A stretch of DNA of 36,312 bases from an uncultured Polyangiaceae bacterium (GTDB lineage: Bacteria > Myxococcota_A > Polyangia > Polyangiales > Polyangiaceae). Position 1 is the first letter of the stretch, and each line of letters opens with the position of its first letter. Where the stretch lies: contig CAYTJL010000078.1 of NCBI GenBank assembly GCA_964437785.1, positions 1-36,312 of the forward strand, read 5' to 3'. The notes under the pieces were generated by a model that was not told the origin of the DNA, ran no database searches, and saw only the letters and a list, made by a program, of their open reading frames with translations. A program made the translations under genes and the position numbers. This document shows positions 1-8,557 of the stretch, in pieces.

Positions 1-25
1 CCACTTGGTGTAAAACGATCGCCTC

Positions 26-2212
26 ATGCGCTCTCGGCTCCTCGCCGCGTCCCTCGTGCTCCTCGCCGGCCTCACCGCGGCGCCGGCCCGCGCACAGGTT
101 CGCATGGGCCGCATGCCGGAGCCGCGCTCGGCGCCCCGGCGATCGAGCGTCACGCTGCGATCGCTGTTCGGCGTCCCGGTCGCGCAACGCCTCCTCCAAT
201 CCGACGATCCCGACGACCGCCTCCGCGGCGTGGAGCGCCTCGGCGCCATCGGCACCGACGAGGCGATCGACGCGCTCACCGAAGCGCTCACGCAGACCTC
301 GATCCTCGAAAATGATCTCCGCGTGCGCCTCTTGGCCGTCCGCGCCCTCGCCCCCCACGCCAAGCGCGACGGCGTCCGGCAGCTCTTGACCCGCGAGGTC
401 GTCGAAGGAACAGGCGCCGACGCGCGCCGATCGTACCAGCCGCTCTCCACCGTCGTTCGCGGGACCGCCGCGCTCGCCCTCGCCAAGAGCGGCGATCGCA
501 AGGCCGTCGCCGCGCTGGTGCCCGCGCTCTTGCAAGGCGGACCCGCCGCCGAAGCCGCGTCACGCGCGCTGCGCGTGTACCCGCCGGTCTCGATCGACGC
601 GTTCGTCGAAGGCAAACGCAAGCTCACCCCCGCGCTCGCCGCATTCTTGGGCGAGGCCGGCGATCTGCGCGCGCTCGACCGCCTCCGCGCCATGGTCAAC
701 GAACCCGACCTCGCGACCAAGGTCGCGGCCGAGCTCGCGCTCGCGAAGCTCGGCGACGAATCCGCCATCCTCCTCGCGCGCGAATGGCTCAAACGCAGCG
801 AGCCGCGCCTCCGCAGGGCCGCGGCCGAGGTGCTCGTCCACCTGAGCGCGCCCGAGGCCGGACCCGCCGTCGCCGCGCTGCTCGAGAACGACGCGACCCG
901 CGAAGACGGCCTCCGCCTCGCCCTGCTCGCGCCCATCACCGGGCTCGCGCCCAAGCTCGCCGAGGCGATGCCCTCGTTCCCAGCCACCTCGCGCGCGCGC
1001 GTCGTGATCGCGATCGGCCGCGCACGAGGCGTCCCCGAGCTGGAAAAGGTGCTCGCCGAAGCCAAAGACGACATCGCGATCACCGCCGCGTTCGCGCTCG
1101 CCAACACGCCCGGCGACGCCGCGCGCGCCGCGATCGAACGAGGCTTCGCCGCAGGCGCAAAGCCCGATCGCGCGCGCCTCATGATCCGCGCCGCCATCGT
1201 CCGCGCGCTCGCGCTCGGCGACACGCCCGCCGGCCTGCGCCGCCGGCTCGACGCCATGATCACCGAGAAATCCGCGGCCGATCGCGCGATCGCGGCGTTC
1301 GGGCTCGCCGCGCTCGGCTGGGAGGACACGAGCGACCTCATCGATCGCGCGTGCAAAAAGCCCAACGACTGCGACGCCGCCGTGATCGGCGGCGCGGCGC
1401 GCGGCGCCCTCGCGAACCCGCGCGGAGGCAGCGCGCTCCGCGCGTTCATGCCGATCCTCGCCGCCGCCGCGCGCGCCGAGAGCGCCGCCGATCCCGCGAA
1501 CGTGCCCTCCCGCGATCGCGACGAAATCCAAAAGCGCGAGCGCATGATCGCGGCCGCAGGCGTCGCCCTCCTCGCGAGCCCCGACGGCGGCGACCTCTCG
1601 ACCTCCGCCCTCTCGGCGTGGGCCGAACGAGGCGGCCCCATCGCCCCGCTCGCCGCGCGCGCCCTCGCGAGCCGCGACACCGACGCGCTGCGGGGCCGCA
1701 TCAAACGCCTGCTCCAAGGGAGCGATCCGGTCGTGCGCGCGCACACCGCGATCGGCCTCGGCAAAGACCCCGAGCCCTCCAGCGTGTCGATGCTGACGAG
1801 CGCCTACCGCTTCGAAGAAGACGCGTCGGTCCGCCGCGCGATCATCCGCGGCCTCTCGCTCCGCACCGAAGCGCAGCGGATCGCGACGCTCACGCTCGCG
1901 CGCGATCTCGACCCCGACGACGAGGTCCGCGCGCTCGCGCGCTCCGCGCTCGAAGGCCGCGCGCTCGACCTCGGCACGAACGCGCCCAAAGGCGTCGAGG
2001 CCAAACGAAGCCTCGCGTGGGTCCACGTGCTCACCGCGGGCGATCACCCGAGCGACGACGCGGCCGACGTCACCCGATCGGTCCCCGCGCGCGTGGTGCG
2101 CGCCGACGGCGCCGCGGTCCCGCTCCTCGCCGACGCCGACGGCGCGCTGCTCGTGCCCGGCCTGCCGCCTGGATTTTCGGCGTTGCGAATCGACCACGCC
2201 GAAGGCAAGTAG
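26..2212 (+). CDS. Secreted HEAT/PBS-lyase-like repeat protein (728 aa)
   Basis: N-terminal signal peptide (MRSRLLAASLVLLAGLTAAPARA-Q). Repeated helical units of the type 'VRxxAxxALGxIGxxxAxxALxxxLxD' run through the ORF (e.g. DRLRGVERLGAIGTDEAIDALTEAL; VRAHTAIGLG; VRRAIIRGL). GC3-rich codon usage. Ends at TAG 2210-2212 immediately before aroA. Confidence 0.65.
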   Translation: MRSRLLAASLVLLAGLTAAPARAQVRMGRMPEPRSAPRRSSVTLRSLFGVPVAQRLLQSDDPDDRLRGVERLGAIGTDEAIDALTEALTQTSILENDLRVRLLAVRALAPHAKRDGVRQLLTREVVEGTGADARRSYQPLSTVVRGTAALALAKSGDRKAVAALVPALLQGGPAAEAASRALRVYPPVSIDAFVEGKRKLTPALAAFLGEAGDLRALDRLRAMVNEPDLATKVAAELALAKLGDESAILLAREWLKRSEPRLRRAAAEVLVHLSAPEAGPAVAALLENDATREDGLRLALLAPITGLAPKLAEAMPSFPATSRARVVIAIGRARGVPELEKVLAEAKDDIAITAAFALANTPGDAARAAIERGFAAGAKPDRARLMIRAAIVRALALGDTPAGLRRRLDAMITEKSAADRAIAAFGLAALGWEDTSDLIDRACKKPNDCDAAVIGGAARGALANPRGGSALRAFMPILAAAARAESAADPANVPSRDRDEIQKRERMIAAAGVALLASPDGGDLSTSALSAWAERGGPIAPLAARALASRDTDALRGRIKRLLQGSDPVVRAHTAIGLGKDPEPSSVSMLTSAYRFEEDASVRRAIIRGLSLRTEAQRIATLTLARDLDPDDEVRALARSALEGRALDLGTNAPKGVEAKRSLAWVHVLTAGDHPSDDAADVTRSVPARVVRADGAAVPLLADADGALLVPGLPPGFSALRIDHAEGK

Positions 2213-2217
2213 AGCGC

Positions 2218-3588
2218 GTGGCCGATCTGGTCGTCTCGCCCGCACAAACGCCGCTCCTCGGGAGCGTGCCCGTCCCCGGCGACAAAAGCATCGCGCACCG
2301 CGCGCTCATGCTCGCCGCCATCACCTCGGGCGTGACCCACGTCGAAGGCGGCGCGCTCGGCGGCGACAACCGATCCACCCTCGCGGCGCTGCACGCGCTC
2401 GGCGTTCGATCCGAGGCCCGCGGCGAGGCCTCGTTCGCGATCCACGGCGTCGGGCTCGACGGGCTCTCCGCGCCCACGGAGCCCATCGACTGCGGCAACT
2501 CCGGCACGACCATGCGCCTCCTCGCCGGGCTCCTCGCCGCGCAGCGCTTCGCGACCACGCTCACCGGTGACGCGTCGCTCTCCAAGCGCCCCATGGAGCG
2601 CATCGCGAAGCCGCTCCGCCTCCGCGGCGCGCGCATCGAGGGCAAGCTCGATCTCGCGCGGCCCGGCGACTGCACCGCGCCGCTCCACGTGGGCCCGCTG
2701 CCCGCGCCGCACATGCTCGGCCCGATCGAATACGAGATGCCGATCGCGAGCGCGCAGGTGAAGAGCGCCATCCTCCTCTCGGGCCTCTGGGCCGACGGGA
2801 GCACGTGGGTGCACGAGCCCATCGTCTCGCGCGATCACACCGAGCGCATGCTCCACGCGCTCGGCGTGCCCGTGCGATCGATGGGTCCGATCGTCGAGCT
2901 GTCCCCCGAAGGTTGGTCGCGAAAGCTCCCCGGATTTTCGATCCGCGTGCCCGGCGATCTCTCGTCCGCCGCGTTCCTCGTGGCCGCCGCGCAGATCGTC
3001 CCCGGGAGCCGCGTGGACGTGCGCCGCGTCGGCGTGAACCCGACGCGCGTAGGCCTCCTCGAGATCCTCCGCGACATGGGCGCCGCGTGCGAGATCGAGG
3101 CGCAGGGCGACGAGCTGGGCGAGCCCGTGGGCCATCTCCACGCGGCCTACGCCGAGCTCCGCGCGTTCCGCGCAGGCGGCGAGCGCGTAACGCGCGCCAT
3201 CGACGAGATCCCCATCGCCTGCGCCCTCGCGGCGCGCGCGCGCGGCACGACCGAGATCAGCGACGCGGCCGAGCTCCGCGTCAAAGAGAGCGATCGGATC
3301 GCGTCCATGGCGCGCACGCTCCGCGCGTTCGGCGTCGCGTGCGAGGAGAGGCCCGACGGGCTCACCATCGAGGGCGTGCCGGACAGGCCGCTCCGCGCGG
3401 CCGTCGTCGAGAGCGGCGGCGATCACCGCGTGGCCATGACCGCGGTCGTGATGGGCCTCGTCGCCGACGGCCCGACGCGCGTCATCGACGCGGACAACAT
3501 CACCACGAGCTTCCCCAAATTCGTCGGGACGCTGCGCGCGCTCGGCGCCTCCATCGAGGTCGTAGAGAGCCGGGAGAGATCGTCATGA
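2218..3588 (+). CDS. aroA: 3-phosphoshikimate 1-carboxyvinyltransferase (EPSP synthase)
   Basis: Translation from the in-frame GTG at 2218 gives VADLVVSPAQTPLLGSVPVPGDKSIAHRALMLAAITSGVTHVEGGALGGDNRSTLAALHALG...CGNSGTTMRLLAGLLAAQ...LRVKESDRIASMA, the diagnostic EPSP synthase motifs. The six-frame ORF 784..3588 is an artefactual 5' extension. The stop overlaps the cmk start (ATGA). Confidence 0.85.
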   Translation: MADLVVSPAQTPLLGSVPVPGDKSIAHRALMLAAITSGVTHVEGGALGGDNRSTLAALHALGVRSEARGEASFAIHGVGLDGLSAPTEPIDCGNSGTTMRLLAGLLAAQRFATTLTGDASLSKRPMERIAKPLRLRGARIEGKLDLARPGDCTAPLHVGPLPAPHMLGPIEYEMPIASAQVKSAILLSGLWADGSTWVHEPIVSRDHTERMLHALGVPVRSMGPIVELSPEGWSRKLPGFSIRVPGDLSSAAFLVAAAQIVPGSRVDVRRVGVNPTRVGLLEILRDMGAACEIEAQGDELGEPVGHLHAAYAELRAFRAGGERVTRAIDEIPIACALAARARGTTEISDAAELRVKESDRIASMARTLRAFGVACEERPDGLTIEGVPDRPLRAAVVESGGDHRVAMTAVVMGLVADGPTRVIDADNITTSFPKFVGTLRALGASIEVVESRERSS

Positions 3589-4337
3589 GCCAAGCACGAA
3601 GGCGCGTCCGCGTCGCGATCGACGGCCCCGCGGGCGCCGGCAAGAGCACCGTCGCGCGCGGCCTCGCGCGGAGGCTCGGCTACCTCCTGCTCGACACGGG
3701 CGCGCTCTACCGCACGGTCGCGCTCGCCGCGCAGCGCGAGGGCATCGCGTGGGAGGACGACGATCGCGTGGGCGCGCTCGCCGCGTCGCTCGCGCGCGAG
3801 GACGCGATCCGCGCGGAGCCCAGCGAGTCCGCGCCCACCAGCATCGGGCCCGGCTTGCCCGCGCACGCCGCGGGCGGCAGCGGGATGCGCGTGCTGCTCC
3901 GCGGCGAGGACGTGTCGATGCTCATCCGCGCGCCCGAGATGAGCCTCGGCGCGAGCCGCGTCTCGGCCATCCCCGCGGTGCGCGCGGCCCTGCTCGCGAT
4001 GCAGCGCCGCGCGGGCGAAGAGGGCGGCGTGGTGCTCGAAGGTCGCGACATCGGCACCGTGGTGATGCCCGACGCCGAGGCTAAGTTCTTCCTCACCGCA
4101 TCGGTCGAGGTGCGCGCCAAGCGCCGCTACGACGAGCTCGTCGCGCGCGGCAAAGAGGTGAGCCTCGCGCAGACCGAGCGCGAGGTGAAAGAGCGCGATC
4201 GCGCGGACACGGAGCGCCCCGTCGCGCCGCTCAAACGCGCGGACGACGCGCTGCTCGTCGATTCGAGCGGCCGCGCGATCGACGAGATCATCGAGGAGAT
4301 GGCCCGTGTCGTCGAAGATCGCGCGGAGCGCTCGTAG
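3585..4337 (+). CDS. cmk: Cytidylate kinase
   Basis: MSQARRRVRVAIDGPAGAGKSTVARGLARRLGYLLLDTGALYRTVALAA contains the P-loop GPAGAGKST and the Cmk signature. The downstream GRDIGTVVMPDA...FLTASVEVRAKRR and ERDRADTERPVAPL match the Cmk family. An insertion of about 50 aa sits in the middle. The ATG at 3585 overlaps the aroA stop. Confidence 0.88.
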   Translation: MSQARRRVRVAIDGPAGAGKSTVARGLARRLGYLLLDTGALYRTVALAAQREGIAWEDDDRVGALAASLAREDAIRAEPSESAPTSIGPGLPAHAAGGSGMRVLLRGEDVSMLIRAPEMSLGASRVSAIPAVRAALLAMQRRAGEEGGVVLEGRDIGTVVMPDAEAKFFLTASVEVRAKRRYDELVARGKEVSLAQTEREVKERDRADTERPVAPLKRADDALLVDSSGRAIDEIIEEMARVVEDRAERS

Positions 4338-5226
4338 CATCGCGCTCGCCGCGGCGTGCATCGCTGCGGCGGGGTGCGGCGGGAAAGGCGACAAACCGCC
4401 GGCCGCCTCCGGCGCGCGCGTCGTGCGCGATCTCTCGCCCGACGAGCTGCTGCCCGTCGATCTCGATCTCGTGATCCGCATCGACGTCGGCCGTATGCGC
4501 GCGGGGCTCGGCCAAGACGCGGTCGGGGCGCTGCGCGATCGCGCGATGAAGGGCGAGGCCGACGCGGAGCTGTCGCGCGCGCTCGAGCACGCGGACGTGG
4601 TCTGGATCGCCGCGCGCGTCGGCGAGATGGACCTCGGCGATCGCGTCGTCGTGGTCGAGGGCAAGGGCGCCGCGAGCCCGCCCTCACGCAGCTTGTATTC
4701 GAGCGCGCCGTCGCCGAACGGCAAGGTGACGATCTTCGATCGCCGCGGGGACGTGCCGCGCGCGGGCTTCTCGCGCCTCGTGCTGCTCGGCGATCGCGCG
4801 GTCGCGTTCGTCTCGCCCGTCGAGCGCGACGCGGTCGCGCGCGTGCTCGACGGCGGGGCCGATCAAAAGCGTGGCGTGCCTTCGCAGCGCGGGATCGTGA
4901 GCGCGGATCTGCGCGTCAAGAACCTCTCCCCCAAGCTCGCGCGCGAGTTCCCGTCGCTCGCGCGCATCGTGGCCGGCGTCGATCGGGTCCGCGCGAGCGC
5001 CGTGCTCGAAGGCGACGGTCTCCGCATCGACGGCGAGATCCTCGCGCGGTCCCCCGCGGAGGGCAAGCGCACCGCCGCGTACGTCGCCGCCCTCCTCGAC
5101 AGCCTCAAAGAGAGCAAATACGCGGGCGTTGTAGGGGAGCACGCGGTCGAGGACGTCGAGGGCACCGTGCGCCTCAAGTGGATCGTGCCGGCCAAGGCCC
5201 TGCTCAAGCTCCTCGGCGACACCTGA
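4306..5226 (+). CDS. Hypothetical lipoprotein
   Basis: N-terminus MSSKIARSARSIALAAACIAAAGCGG has an n-region, an h-region and a lipobox (AAG-C). The start lies 32 bp inside the cmk 3' end. No recognisable catalytic motif. Confidence 0.55.
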   Translation: MSSKIARSARSIALAAACIAAAGCGGKGDKPPAASGARVVRDLSPDELLPVDLDLVIRIDVGRMRAGLGQDAVGALRDRAMKGEADAELSRALEHADVVWIAARVGEMDLGDRVVVVEGKGAASPPSRSLYSSAPSPNGKVTIFDRRGDVPRAGFSRLVLLGDRAVAFVSPVERDAVARVLDGGADQKRGVPSQRGIVSADLRVKNLSPKLAREFPSLARIVAGVDRVRASAVLEGDGLRIDGEILARSPAEGKRTAAYVAALLDSLKESKYAGVVGEHAVEDVEGTVRLKWIVPAKALLKLLGDT

Positions 5227-5278
5227 AGAGCGGGCCGAAACTTGTCCTCGGACCCCGAGCGGTGCTTAGCTCGCACCG

Positions 5279-5842
5279 ATGCGCCCGTCCGTGCTCCTGC
5301 CGCTCGCTCTGCTCCTCGCCTCCTGCGGCGGGAGCGAATGGAAGGCCGAAGACCCGGACTGGTCGCCGGAGCCCGAAGAGAACGTCGGCCGCGGCAGGCG
5401 CGTCGCGTCGATGGGCAAGCCCACGCTCGCGCCCTCGTCGTTCTACGGCGTCCGGCACGATCTGATGCTCTCGAGCTCGCCGCACCCCGCGCGTTGCTCG
5501 TGCCTCGCGGTCGAGGTCGGATCCCCGCGCGATCCGCAGTTCTTTTGGACGGGCAGCCCTCCCTCGCCGAGCTCGGACGCGCTGGCGATCGCCATCGGCG
5601 CCCGCGGCGTCCCGTGCCCTGGTGGGCCGCCTGACGATCGGCGCAGGCCCAGCATCTCCGCGGTCGATCAGCACAACGACGACGTCATCGTCGAGGTTGA
5701 GGATCTGCCTGAGACCCGTCCGCTCGCGTCGGGCGCGATCATCCCCAAGCCGTCGGGGGCGGGCTCGATCTACATCCGGCCGCGCGAGGGTCGCTCTCCG
5801 TACGGGCGCGGCCCGGGCAACGCGCTCTGCAAGGTGCGCTGA
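5279..5842 (+). CDS. Hypothetical lipoprotein (187 aa)
   Basis: MRPSVLLPLALLLASCGG has a lipobox LAS-C. GC3-rich. No known domain recognised. Confidence 0.45.
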   Translation: MRPSVLLPLALLLASCGGSEWKAEDPDWSPEPEENVGRGRRVASMGKPTLAPSSFYGVRHDLMLSSSPHPARCSCLAVEVGSPRDPQFFWTGSPPSPSSDALAIAIGARGVPCPGGPPDDRRRPSISAVDQHNDDVIVEVEDLPETRPLASGAIIPKPSGAGSIYIRPREGRSPYGRGPGNALCKVR

Positions 5843-5898
5843 TCGCGCGCAGCGCTTTAGGGCGCGCTTCGCAAGATCGTGTACGCTTTGCCGAACGG

Positions 5899-6888
5899 AT
5901 GGCGGACGACACCTGGTCCAAAGATCTCCTGGAGAACCCAGGGACGGTGCTCGGCTACATCCCGGAGGCGCCGCGATCGGCGATCAGCGCGAAGGACGCG
6001 TTCATCGTGGCCTACGATCGGCTCGCGGGCCTCGGCCGCATCGCCAAGCAAAGGGCGATGATCGCGGTCGCCGTCGACGCGCGCTCGCGCGTGGTCGAGG
6101 GCGTCGTGATCGAAGATCGCACGACCCTCGTGATGGGCCGCCATTCGCGATGCGGGCTGCGCTTGCCCGCGGAGTCCATCTCGCTCCGGCATCTCCTCGC
6201 GCTCGTCCGCTTCGAAGGGCAGAGCCCCGTCACGCGGCTCTGGGATCTCAACACCGAGCAGCCGTTCCTCACCGAGGACATGAGCACCAACGCCGCCGTC
6301 GTCGCCGAGGGCCCCATCTTCGTGATGGTCGGCGAGTACAGCGTGTGGTTCATCCCGAGCACGGGCGTCGGCAAGAGCGGCTGGCCCGATCGCGCGGAGG
6401 ACGCGTGGGGCGCGCTCCCCGATCGGTGCTTCATCGATCGCCGCGCGCCGGGCGTGCGCCGCCCCGAGCGGCTCATCGAGAGCCGCGCCGCGGGGATCCA
6501 CGACGAGATCACCATGATCACGTCGGTGCGGTCGCCGCTCCTCCTCGGCGACGACGAGCCCGAGATCGCGTGGGGCGAGGTCCGCGTCGCGTCCGGCACG
6601 TCGCGGTGGCGCCGCAGGATCTCGGCCGAGCGGCTGGAGCGCGGCGTGCTCGTGGGCCGCTACGATCGCTGCGGGCTGCTCGTCGCGAACGACACGCACG
6701 TCTCGCGCGTGCACCTCTTGCTCGTGCGGATCGACCGCGAGGTGTGGGCGATCGACACCGGGAGCACCAACGGGATCTTCAAGGAGAACCAAGTCTTCGA
6801 GGCCGCGGTGCTCGACGACTCGGCCACGTTGTACCTCGGCGAGGTCACGTCGCTCGCGTGGGAGCGCATCGTCCACGCCGAGGCGTGA
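5899..6888 (+). CDS. Tandem FHA-domain protein
   Basis: Two FHA-like cores are present: LVMGRHSRCGLRLPAESISLRHLLALV...TRLWDLNTEQP and VLVGRYDRCGLLVANDTHVSRVHLLLVRIDREVWAIDTGSTNGIFKEN. The second has the canonical GR...S(R)xH...D.GSTNG..N pattern. Confidence 0.7.
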   Translation: MADDTWSKDLLENPGTVLGYIPEAPRSAISAKDAFIVAYDRLAGLGRIAKQRAMIAVAVDARSRVVEGVVIEDRTTLVMGRHSRCGLRLPAESISLRHLLALVRFEGQSPVTRLWDLNTEQPFLTEDMSTNAAVVAEGPIFVMVGEYSVWFIPSTGVGKSGWPDRAEDAWGALPDRCFIDRRAPGVRRPERLIESRAAGIHDEITMITSVRSPLLLGDDEPEIAWGEVRVASGTSRWRRRISAERLERGVLVGRYDRCGLLVANDTHVSRVHLLLVRIDREVWAIDTGSTNGIFKENQVFEAAVLDDSATLYLGEVTSLAWERIVHAEA

Positions 6889-6903
6889 GCGGAGGCCGCG
6901 GGG

Positions 6904-7956
6904 ATGGAGCGCGCCTCGAAGCTCTTCGCCGCGCTGCCCGCGCCGCCGATCGAAGGGTTGCTCGCTCCGTTCGATCGACTGCGATCGCGCCTGCTCCTCG
7001 CGATCGCGCCGCGCGCACGATCGCTCGTCGTGGATCGCGAGCGTCGCGTCGCGCTCGTCGGATCGATGATGCTCGTCGCCGCGCTCGCGGTCGCGGTGAC
7101 CGCGCCGCTCTGGCTCGTCGCGATCGGCCCCATCGTCTGGGGGATCCCGCACGTGATCGCGGACGTGCGCTACCTCGTCGCGCGGCCGGGGCACCACAAA
7201 CGTCCTTTGATTCTGGGCGCGATCGCGATCGGCTGCGCGCTCGCGGTGGGCGGCTTGGGCCTGCGCGGCGGGCTCATCGGCGCGGCGCTCGCGGCGCTCG
7301 TCGCGCGCGGGAGCCTCGCGCGCAAGGCGATCGCGCTCGCGACGATCGGCGCGCTCTCGGCCGCGGCGTGGCGCGCGGGGTGGGTCTCCGACGTGATCTT
7401 CGCGCACGCGCACAACGCGGTCGCGTTCGCTCTTTGGTGGGCGTGGCGGCGCCGTGAGACGAAGCTCCACCTCATCCCCATCGCGATCGCGGTCCTCGGG
7501 TGCTCGCTCGTGATGAGCGGCGGGGCGGACGCGATCGTCGCGTGGAGCCGCGGGCTCGTGTCGCCGTGGGCGAGCGTGGTCCCGGGCGAGCTCGCGCGAT
7601 CGCTGTCGCCCTTGCCCGAGGCTCCTTGGCCCGCGCGCTTCCTGGTTTTGTACGCGTTCGCGCAGAGCGCGCACTACGTGGTGTGGGTTCGCCTCATGCC
7701 CGAGGACGATCGGCCTCGCCCTTCGCCGCGCTCATACCAGCAGACGTACCGCGCGCTCGCCGCCGACGTGAGCGCGCCCGTGCTCTGGATCGCGGTGCTC
7801 TCCGCGGTGGGGCTCGCGGCGTGGGCGATCATGAGCCTCGGCGAAGCGCGCGACGGCTACATCCGCGCAGCCTTCTTCCATGGGTATTTGGAGCTCACCG
7901 CGGCGGTCGTGCTCTTTTGCGAGGGCAAGCTCGGCCGGGGTGCGGAAGGGTGTTAG
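6904..7956 (+). CDS. Polytopic integral membrane protein, unknown function
   Basis: Multiple 20-25-residue hydrophobic helices (MMLVAALAVAVTAPLWLVAIGPIVWGI; LILGAIAIGCALAVGGLGL; IPIAIAVLGCSLVMSGG; VLWIAVLSAVGLAAWAIMSL). Starts 16 bp after the FHA gene. Confidence 0.5.
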   Translation: MERASKLFAALPAPPIEGLLAPFDRLRSRLLLAIAPRARSLVVDRERRVALVGSMMLVAALAVAVTAPLWLVAIGPIVWGIPHVIADVRYLVARPGHHKRPLILGAIAIGCALAVGGLGLRGGLIGAALAALVARGSLARKAIALATIGALSAAAWRAGWVSDVIFAHAHNAVAFALWWAWRRRETKLHLIPIAIAVLGCSLVMSGGADAIVAWSRGLVSPWASVVPGELARSLSPLPEAPWPARFLVLYAFAQSAHYVVWVRLMPEDDRPRPSPRSYQQTYRALAADVSAPVLWIAVLSAVGLAAWAIMSLGEARDGYIRAAFFHGYLELTAAVVLFCEGKLGRGAEGC

Positions 7957-8230
7957 CCTCGGAGGCGTGGCGAACCCCTACCGCACGCCTCACCGCGATC
8001 CCAAAGGGCCACCTCCGCCGCTCCTCAAGCTCGACGCGGCGACCATGGTGTTCGGGCTCGCCTGCGCGCTCGGAGCCGTGATCGTGAGCGGCGCCAAGCG
8101 CCCGGTCACGGCGCTGCTCGCCACGTCGGGCGGCGTGCTCATGCTCGCGACGCGCCGGCGGGGTTAGTCGGGCGCTTGATTTTAGGCCCCATGAGCGCCT
8201 AGCTTCGGTTCTCCGCAGGGTAGGGTGGCG

Positions 8231-8554
8231 ATGACAAAGAGCGAGCTCATCGACGCGATCGCTGGCCGGGGAGAGCTCACCAAGGCTCGCGCCGAGCTCG
8301 TCGTCAACTGCGTGTTCGACGCCATGACCGAGGCGCTCGAGCACGGGGACGGCATCGAGATCCGCGGCTTCGGGAGCTTCACGGTGAGGCCCTACAAGCC
8401 CTACAACGGCCGCAATCCGCGCACCGGCGTGCCGGTGCCGGTGCCCGCCAAACGGCTGCCGTTCTTCAAGGTCGGCAAGGACCTCAAGGATCTGGTGAAC
8501 AACAGCCGCGGCTACGCGATCTCGGGCGGGGACGACGACGAGGACAACGACTAG
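8231..8554 (+). CDS. ihfB: Integration host factor / HU-family DNA-binding protein (IHF-beta-like) with acidic C-terminal tail
   Basis: MTKSELIDAIAG...GDGIEIRGFGSFTVRPYKPYNGRNPRTGVPVPVPAKRLPFFKVGKDLKDLVN shows the IHF/HU beta-arm signature (RGFGSF, GRNPRTG, F.KPGK.L). It resembles E. coli IHF-beta MTKSELIE...IEIRGFGSF. An alternative GTG start lies at 8225. The C-terminus is GGDDDEDND. Confidence 0.82.
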   Translation: MTKSELIDAIAGRGELTKARAELVVNCVFDAMTEALEHGDGIEIRGFGSFTVRPYKPYNGRNPRTGVPVPVPAKRLPFFKVGKDLKDLVNNSRGYAISGGDDDEDND

Positions 8555-8557
8555 CGC

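Noticed and set aside
560-2245. 561-aa minus-strand ORF opposite the HEAT-repeat gene, plus many other 60-500-aa overlapping ORFs in the track (e.g. 2044..3426, 3423..4724, 11748..13412, 16388..17179, 30438..31973, 32032..33933, 22547..25066)
   Set aside because: All are Arg/Ala/Gly-rich with no recognisable motif and overlap motif-bearing genes. This is expected background in very GC-rich DNA.
784-3588. 934-aa six-frame ORF extending far upstream of aroA
   Set aside because: The N-terminal 478 codons are Arg/Pro/Ala-rich with no motif and overlap the HEAT-repeat gene in another frame. EPSP synthase homology begins exactly at the GTG at 2218, right after the upstream gene's stop.
5857-7674. 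605-aa minus-strand ORF antisense to the FHA and membrane-protein genes
   Set aside because: Arg/Asp/Glu-rich, motif-free antisense frame. The sense strand has FHA signatures and TM helices.
7880-8167. 95-aa ORF (possible small membrane protein, MVFGLACALGAVIVSGAK...) between the membrane-protein gene and the IHF-like gene
   Set aside because: It overlaps the 3' end of 6904..7956, there is no obvious RBS, and a single hydrophobic stretch in GC-rich DNA is weak evidence. It could be a real small protein, but it is not supportable.
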